Assembly: GCA_964016885.1 (NCBI GenBank)
Contig: OZ024752.1
Location: forward strand, 48,546,001 to 48,610,000
Reading direction: 5' to 3'
DNA: 64,000 nt
DNA from: Eledone cirrhosa
Lineage: Eukaryota
The notes under the pieces were generated by a model. That model searched no databases, was not told the origin of the DNA, and saw nothing but the letters and a program-made list of their open reading frames with translations. A program made the translations under genes and the position numbers. Positions within the stretch are counted from its first letter, which is position 1. Each line of letters opens with the position of its first letter. Positions 55,431 through 64,000 of this stretch are shown here, piece by piece.

Positions 55431-55537
55431 TGTGAGACAAGCCAGATCAGATGATATGTATTATCATTTGCTTGACTTTCCTCTTCTCTTCAAATTGCTG
55501 GCTTTGTGCTAATTGTAGAAACAATTATTATTATCAA

Positions 55538-55736
55538 GGGCGGTGAATTGGCAGTATTGGTAGAGGGTTGGACGCCATGCTTTGAAGCATAGAGTTACGT
55601 CCCTTTACGGTCTGAGTTCAAATCCCATCGAGGTTAACTTTGCCTTTCATCCTTACGGGGTCGATAAAATAAAGTACCAGTAATGTACTGGGTGATTGCT
55701 GGCCTTGTGCCAAAAGTAGAAACAATTATTATTATT
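55538..55736 (+). mobile_element. Full-length Meta-like SINE, preceded by a partial copy at 55470-55535
   Basis: Matches the family consensus. Confidence 0.9.
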
Positions 55737-55749
55737 CAATCCAGCTCAC

Positions 55750-55839
55750 CATTGAAACACACAAACCTATTTTCCCCTGTAGTTGCCGTTAATGTATGAC
55801 GGACTTCTTCCTCACGATTTTGTCCCAATACGACAGCAT
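55750..55839 (-). other. Candidate 90-nt phase 1-1 coding exon
   Basis: ttatattaag|AT GCT...TTC AAT G|gtgagc. One open frame (AVVLGQNREEEVRHTLTATTGENRFVCFN); no homology recognised. Confidence 0.25.
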
Positions 55840-56254
55840 CTTAATATAAGGATTTAATGTAATTTTGGGGTAAAATAAAAATAATTTTCCTTTAATATCT
55901 TAGTGGAATTTAATAACGGAAGAGTTATGAAATTATCATTATTTTTTTTCCTTTAATTATGATTTTCTTTCTGTTTTGGGGCGTGATATTTTTTTTCTTT
56001 TTTTTAAAATTTTTTTTTTTACATTTCGCCGCATCTGTATCTGTATATATCAAATAAGGTGTGTATATATATGTGAATAGGGAAGATGAGATGTGTATAT
56101 CTGTATATATCAAATAAGGTGTGTATATATATGTGAATAGGGAAGATGATATGTGTATATATGTATGTATCAAATAAGGTGTGTATATATGTGTATATGG
56201 AAGAAAATATGTGTATAACTGTATGTATCAAAAAAGGTGTGTATTTGTATGTAT

Positions 56255-56865
56255 GGAAGACGATATGTGTGTGTCTGTATATATATGGAAGGAGGTATGT
56301 GTGTCTGTATATATCTGGAAGAAGGTATGTGTGTCTGTATATATATGGAAGGAGGTATGTGTGTCTGTATGTATGGCAGAAGGTGTGTATATATGTATGT
56401 ATGGAAGGAGGTATGTGTGTCTGTATATATGGAAGAAGGTGTGTATATATGTATGTATGGAAGAAGGCATGTGTGTCTGTATGTATGGAAGGAGGTATGT
56501 GTGTCTGTATGTATGGAAGAAGGTGTGTATATATGTATGTATGGAAGGAGGTATGTGTGTCTGTATGTATGGAAGAAGGTGTGTATATATGTATGTATGG
56601 AAGGAGGTATGTGTGTCTGTATGTATGGAAGAAGGTGTGTATATATGTATGTATGTATGGAAGGAGGTATGTGTGTCTGTATGTATGGAAGAAGGTGTGT
56701 ATATATGTATGTATGGAGGGAGGTATGTGTGTCTGTATGTATGGAAGAAGGTGTGTATATATGTATGTATGGAAGGAGGTATGTGTGTCTGTATGTATGG
56801 AAGAAGGTGTGTATATATGTATGTATGGAAGGAGGTATGTGTGTCTGTATGTATGGAAGGAGGTA
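56255..56865. repeat. 28-bp minisatellite with a 56-bp A-B dimer
   Basis: ggaagaaggtgtgtatatatgtatgtat alternating with ggaaggaggtatgtgtgtctgtatgtat. Confidence 0.92.
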
Positions 56866-56995
56866 TTAGCCTTCTACGGCCTTGTTTTATCTTTATTCAA
56901 TTTATATTATTTTATTTCTTTTTGTTGGTCAGGAGGAGGAACAGAAGAAGGGGAATAAGGAAGGAAGAAAGGATGAGAGACAGAAAATGGAGAGA

Positions 56996-57030
<35 letters not shown>

Positions 57031-58179
57031 CAGGCTAGAGAAAGAGAGAGTGAGCAAGTAAGAGAGTGAAAGAGAACAAGCAAGAGAGTGAGCAAGCAAG
57101 CAAACAAGAGAGAGAGAGAGAGGGTAAAGATTTTCATCACTTTTTAACGTCAAGTTTCACAGATTGATATTTCATTCTCAGCGAAGAACTATGGTAACCT
57201 CTTCAAGGAAATTATGAATGCAAAATGCATTTTCTAAATAAAATTTAAATGATATTGACAAAAATTAAAATTCTAGGGATTAATTTAAAATAATAATAAT
57301 GAGGAAGGTGATGACGGTGATGATGATGATGATGATGATGATGGTGGTGATGGTGATGATGGTGATGATGGTGATGATGATGATGATGATGATGATGGGT
57401 GGAGAGATGATGACAGTAGTTTGTAGGTGTTAATGATTAGGAGGCTGTTGCTACTGATGGTGATGATGATGATCCTGATGATGATGATGATGATGAGAAG
57501 GACTACGAAAACATTATATTATCATGTGATTATTTATTTAGATATTTTCCCTCATCATTTCAACTAATTATTTTCTGAAATAATTTTAATTTTATTTTCT
57601 AATTATTTAAAATTATTTTATGAAATCTTTTATTTTTTCCAAAATGCATGTAAAGAATGAGGCTGGGTGATTCACAACAGCAAGGTGTCGAGAACAAGCC
57701 TGTCTGTATTCTATTGAAAGATCAACAGAAGATTATGGAAAAATTTCCAGAAAGTTCCCTCACACTTTGCTTCATCCATCATAACTATTGCAGCATAGTC
57801 CCAGATTTTCTGTTACATAGCTGGAATACTTCTCTGCATAATGTCTTTTTAATCAGTAAACATTATTTTTGGCTAAAATTAACCTTTTTGTCTTAGTCTT
57901 AGGTTCTTCCGACGCCTTTCAGTAATAAGTAATCGGCAACAATTACAATCAGCAGTGGCATTTTTGTGCCCATGTCAAGTGATGTAGGCTGCCATCATTG
58001 GAAGGGGAGATGTATTTTGATTATGTCTCATATAAAATAATACAACTGGCTATCCGCAAAATACATATAGTTAGCACCCCAAACGTAAAATTGGGATTAT
58101 ACTAAGGTATATCCTAATGTTTGTTGAGTGAGATGGAAGCCGGTCGGAGTATTGCTTAAGGCTTTCTCTGTTAATGTAT

Positions 58180-58245
<66 letters not shown>

Positions 58246-58369
58246 GAAGTTCTATTTAAATTGTTGGGATACAACAAGCAAATATTTTTATAACTGATAT
58301 AAAGCACTCAATTATTTAATTATATTAACAAATATTAACAAATGGAAACTATATTTATAAAACCATATT

Positions 58370-58434
58370 TATTTCATTATACATATTTCAAGGACACCAA
58401 GTTAAATTATGGTGTGCTTTCATCAGATAAAATA
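58370..58434 (-). ncRNA. Minimal hammerhead family C, inside element 58241-58556
   Basis: Same as 9402-9466, with helix II aagcacacca/tggtgtcctt. Confidence 0.75.
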
Positions 58435-58569
58435 TAATATAGAGCAGTTTTATAAATAAATATTGACATACCCTTAAAAGAATACAACCATTACTGTTGG
58501 AAGCTAATGAAATAAATATGGTTTTATAAATATAATTTCCATTTGTTAATATCGTATATACATATATAT

Positions 58570-58830
58570 ATATTGTTGTACTTGGGGAGGGTCATATTGT
58601 TGTAATAATATTGCCAGAAATAATAACAGAACACACTCACTGTTTGGTTGGTTTTCGCTTCTGTATCTTTTATATCTCCATAGTTAATGTATTTGACCAA
58701 CGGTTAAAAATACAGTGAGTGTGTTCTCTTATTATTTCTGGCAATATTATTATAACAATATGACCCTCCCCAAGTATAACAATATTTGTTTCGACACATG
58801 ATTTCATATCAAAAACCTTGCAAAACAAAT
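58570..58830. mobile_element. Fold-back element (arms ~58570-58643 and ~58712-58785) related to 22182-22410
   Basis: Shared tattgttatactt(t/g)gggagggtcat terminus and flanking segment. Confidence 0.75.
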
Positions 58831-58837
58831 ATATATA

Positions 58838-58917
<80 letters not shown>

Positions 58918-59015
58918 TAGATAGATATCTAAAAGGTGAAGAGAAATAACAACACAATCAGTACAGTATATAGAAGGAGTATATTAGGTTAACGCTTGAA
59001 ATAGCAGGAAGAGGG

Positions 59016-59051
59016 TCTTAACGTTTCGGACGCTAGTCCTTCATCAGAAGA
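59016..59051 (-). ncRNA. Minimal hammerhead family D with intact helix I
   Basis: tctt-CTGATGA-a-ggac-tagc-gtcc-GAAACGTT-aaga. Confidence 0.75.
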
Positions 59052-59383
59052 AAGAATGAGAAATTAGAAAGATTGAAGGGACGGGTGGGATGGAATTGGA
59101 AAAAATATATATATATATAAGACAGCGAGACAGAGAGAGAGAGAGAGAGAGCAAGAGCGAGAAAGAGAGAGTGAAGTAACTCTAGAAAGTTGACCCCATC
59201 TGGATTTGAACTCAATGTTTAGAGTGGCAGGACATACAACACAAAACATTGCATGTGATATTCTAATGACTCTGCCAATTTGTTGCCTGCTTAGTCCTTA
59301 TTTTTGGAATAAAGTGTAATATCAGGACGGTTTCTTTTTATTCAAATTTCTTAACAGTAAGTTAATTGTGGGCCATACTGTAA

Positions 59384-59472
<89 letters not shown>

Positions 59473-59629
59473 TATACATACATATATACATACATATATA
59501 CAGTTGCAAGCAGGGAAAAGCAGACGTAAAAATGATGATGATGATGATTTACTTAAAATTTCAAATGACTACCTATATATATATATATACATGTATACAT
59601 ATATATATATGCATATATATATATATATA

Positions 59630-59811
<182 letters not shown>

Positions 59812-59926
59812 TATACTTATAGATGTATATATACACACATATACATATACTTATAGATGTATATATATATATATATATGTTTACATATATACATATATAT
59901 ATATATATGCACATATACATATATAT

Positions 59927-60029
<103 letters not shown>

Positions 60030-60420
60030 ATCGGATGCCTTAATAGTCCATAATATAATAAATAAACTAAACAAATAAATAAAAAATCCTAAGATAAGAT
60101 AAGATAAGATAAGAAAATATACATAAATTTATTAAGGTTTAATTTTTGTCTAATCACATGTTAAGCGTTGTGCTAATGATTTAGTTTGGGTCTCTTAAAA
60201 TATATTTCTCCTGACGACGAGAAAGATAGTAAAAAAATGAACAATGTTGGACTTAAAATTCAATAAATAAAGCAGAAAGCACGAGGATAAATCTTGTAGT
60301 ACATATAAATATAATAATTACTATAATAGGTAGCTGTCTTGAGAAGTGAAGATATTTAATAGCTATGTAGCACTAGGAAATTATATATATTTTATATATG
60401 TATATATATGTGTGTGTATG

Positions 60421-60463
<43 letters not shown>

Positions 60464-60509
60464 TGATTTTTTTCTTCTTCTTAGAAACATAAGTGTCAAG
60501 ATGAGGTAG

Positions 60510-60562
<53 letters not shown>

Positions 60563-60602
60563 TATGTAAATAAATAGATAGATGTGTGTGTATGTATAGT
60601 TT

Positions 60603-60642
<40 letters not shown>

Positions 60643-61402
60643 TGTATATTTATATACATAGATATATACATATATATATATATATATATACACACATACA
60701 TACATAAAAAATAAAATAAGGAAAGCTTTAAGTAACATAATCTATGGTATCTAAATTATTAACAATTAATAAAGAAAGAGGAATAAATAAATAAATAAGT
60801 CAAAGATGAAATCATTAAATAAATATAATAAAGACATCAATATATACACATACATATATAATATACATATATATAATATACATAAATACATATACACATA
60901 TACATATATGCATACATATATATATATATATGTACATATACACATATATATACATACACACACATACACATATATATACATACACACACACATATATATA
61001 CATATATATATAAGGAAAAAAAATTGGTGAGCAGCTCTACAATTCCACAATGAGAAATTCAATCATTTTCAACCATTTTAAACAGGACTTTTTACTTTAG
61101 CTACTTTTTTGAGGCCCAGTGGCGTATATATTTGTTAAAATGGAGATGTCTGTATAATAAGTAGCTTTAGTGTAAGTGTTCATCATCATCGTTTAACATC
61201 TATCTTCCACGCTAGCATGGGTTAGACCGCTAGCATAAGGTTTTATTAACACTTTCAAATTCAGAGTAGATGGTATTTCTTTTACATCTATTTTCTTAAT
61301 CTACAGTTAGCTGAATATAACATGGATATATTACTTCTACTTCTGTTGGCAATGAAGGGATTTTCTTTCTCTCTCTCTCTCTGAATGAAATGTAGGCACA
61401 TT

Positions 61403-62131
61403 CATCATCATCATCATTATTTCATATTACGTCCGCTTTTCCTTGCTTGCAAGGGTGGGACGGGAACAGATTCTGGCTTGATTTCAACAGCTGGATGCCC
61501 TTCCTAACACCAACCTCATTTACAGTGAGTGCTGGGTGCCTTTTTGCCGTGGCACCTCCACAACCACTTTGCAGTGGAATGATAGGGACCCCAGTCCCTA
61601 TCATCTCATTTCTACAGCTGGATGCCCTTCCTAACACCAACCTCATTTACAGTGAGTCCTGGGTGCTTTTTTGCCATGGCACCTCCATGACCACTTTGCA
61701 GTGGAATGATAGGGACCCCAGTCCCTATCATCTCATTTCTACAGCTGGATGCCCTTCCTAACACCAACCTCATTTACAGTGAGTGCTGGGTGCCTTTTTG
61801 CCATGGCACCTCCACGACCACTTTGCAGTGGAATGATAGGGACCCCAGTCCCTATCATCTCATTTCTACAGCTGGATGCCCTTCCTAACACCAACCTCAT
61901 TTACAGTGAGTGCTGGGTGCCTTTTTGTCATGGCACCTCCACGACCACTTTGCAGTGGAATGATAGGGACCTCAGTCCCTATTATCTCATTTCTACAGCT
62001 GAGGAAACTTGAGCAATGTGAAATAAAGTGTCTTGCTCAAGGAAACAACACATTCACCCGGTCTGAGAATTGAACTCACAACCTTTCGATTGCAAGCCCA
62101 ATGCTCTAACCACTAAGCCATGTGCCTCCAT
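61403..62131 (-). mobile_element. Composite CORE-V-RTE SINE with 4 tandem copies of the 127-bp module
   Basis: agctg boundaries at 61489, 61616, 61743, 61870 and 61997. Confidence 0.93.
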
Positions 62132-62132
62132 G

Positions 62133-62680
62133 TGCACAAGTCTAACAAATTTAGGGGGAGGAGAAAGTAGATTAAATCGACCCCAGTACATTACTGGTAC
62201 TTTATATTACCAACCCTGTAAGGATGAGAGGCAAAGTTAAATTCGGTGGGAATTGAACTCAGAACGTAAAGGGCCATAGCACTATGCTGCAAAGCATGGT
62301 GTCTGCTGCTCTACTGATACTGCTAATCCAATACCTTTATTGGCTTATAATAATTGTTTCTACTTTTGGCACAAGGCCAGTAATTACCCCAGTGCATTAC
62401 TGGTACTTTATTTTATCGACTCCCGTAATGATGAAAGGCAAAGTGAACCCCAGCGCAATTTGAACTCAGAACGTAAAGGGCCATAACTCTATGCCACTAG
62501 AGTTATGCAGATATTATATAATAGTTTCAACTTTAGGCACAAGGCCAGCAATTACCCCAGTGCATTACTGGTACTTTATTCTATCGACCCCGTAAGGATG
62601 AAATGCAAAATGAACCCCAGCGCGATTTGAACTCAGAACGTAAAGGGCCACAACTCTATGCCACTAGAATTATGCAGATA
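62133..62680 (-). mobile_element. Cluster of three Meta-like SINEs (62133-62330, 62347-62500, 62518-62680)
   Basis: All match the family consensus; the last two look like a tandem duplication. Confidence 0.85.
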
Positions 62681-62699
62681 TTATATAATGTATATAGAT

Positions 62700-62895
62700 C
62701 ATTGTCAGATGATGTTTGGTTGGTGAAGAAGTGGCAGGAATTGGCAGTGGAAGGAAGCGACAGTAGAGGATGACCAGGATAGACCTGGTCAGAGCTGACC
62801 TCAAATCACAGAGATTCACAGAGGAGATGACAAAGGACTGTGGCAAGTGGAGAGATGCTCTGCTGAGATGGACCCAGCAAATCATGTGAGGATAG
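62700..62895 (+). mobile_element. Decayed RTE LINE 3' coding end
   Basis: VKKWQELAVEGSDSRG*PG*TW/VRADLKSQRFTEEMTKDCGKWR resembles the RTE C-terminal GRP..TW...DL......DR..WR motif. Confidence 0.65.
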
Positions 62896-62907
62896 AGAAA
62901 CAGAGAG

Positions 62908-63474
62908 TGGTTGGTGTTGAGTGAGAGTGGCGGTGTTGAGTGTGAGAGGCGGTGTTGAGTGACAGTGGTGGTGTTGAGTGAGAGTGGCGGTGTTGAGTGT
63001 GAGAGGCGGTGTTGAGTGAGAGTGGTGGTGTTGAGTGAGAGTGGCAGTGTTGAGTGTGAGTGGTGGTGTTGAGTGCGTGAGGCAGTGTTGAGTGAGAGTG
63101 GTGGTGTTGAGTGAGAGTGGCAGTGTTGAGTGAGAGTGGTGGTGTTGAGTGAGTGAGGCGGTGTTGAGTGTGAGTGGTGGTGTTGAGTGAGGCGGTGTTG
63201 AGTGTGAGTGGTGGTGTTGAGTGAGTGAGGCGGTGTTGAGTGAGAGTGGTGGTGTTGAGTGAGAGTGGCGGTGTTGAGTGAGAGTGGTGGTGTTGAGTGA
63301 GTGAGGCGGTGGTGAGTGAGAGTGGCAGTGTAGAGGGAGAGTGGTGGTCTTGAGTGAGAGTGGCAGTGTAGAGGGAGAGTGGTGGTGTTGAGTGAGAGTG
63401 GCGGTGTTGAGTGAGAGTGGCAGTGTAGAGGGAGAGTGGTGGTGTTGAGTGAGAGTGGCGGTGTTGAGTGAGAG
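62908..63474. repeat. ~19-bp minisatellite ggtgttgagtgagagtggt
   Basis: Direct reading. Confidence 0.92.
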
Positions 63475-63793
63475 CAAGGGTTAAAAAGACAGCAACTCTC
63501 AACAGAATAAAAGATGTGGCGAAACTAGATGACATTGCAGCTGCTGCTAGTTACTCTTAGTGATGATGGTGATGGTGGTGGTGATGTTGATGATGGTGGT
63601 GGAGATGGTGGTGTGGTGGTGGTGATGATGGTGATGAAGATGGTAATGATGGTGATGATGGTGATGATGGTAATTGGTTATGAGATACCATATGAAACTC
63701 ACTGTGAAGTAAGACAAAAATGTTCTATATTTCTGTATCCATAGTTATCAAAGTCACACATACACACACACATGTGTATACATACATATATAC

Positions 63794-63836
<43 letters not shown>

Positions 63837-63846
63837 TATGTAAATG

Positions 63847-63904
<58 letters not shown>

Positions 63905-63966
63905 GGTATATCATCGCCATCATAATCATCATTTAAAATCTGTTTTCCCTATTGGCAAGAGTTGGA

Positions 63967-64000
<34 letters not shown>

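Noticed and set aside
60205-60230. CTGACGA...GAAA as a hammerhead
   Set aside because: Only 3 nt separate the boxes, and no helix I or III can be formed.

Overview
AT-rich, microsatellite-saturated animal genomic DNA with no intact protein-coding gene. Almost every ORF in the supplied track is a translation of (TA)n, (CA)n or trinucleotide repeats. The repeat landscape points to a coleoid cephalopod, probably Octopus; this is inferred from tRNA-derived SINEs with CORE-, Meta- and V-like domains, RTE and R4/Dong LINE fragments and TTAA/TA MITEs. The main unexplained signal is a dense set of hammerhead ribozyme (HHR) motifs: about 15 full-length copies (some with mutated cores) in four sequence families, plus half-motifs of a fifth. 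They sit in short ORF-less elements, probably Penelope-derived, inserted in (TA)n tracts and often arranged as fold-back palindromes. Helix I and the palindromic loop 3 covary between copies. Other notable items: a composite CORE+V+RTE-tail SINE whose 127-bp internal module occurs in 0, 1 or 4 copies; minisatellites grown from SINE internal repeats; R4/Dong fragments ending in (TAA)n, two of them tail-to-tail with Meta-type SINEs; and one candidate 90-nt exon. All family assignments come from recognising motifs by eye, not from database searches.
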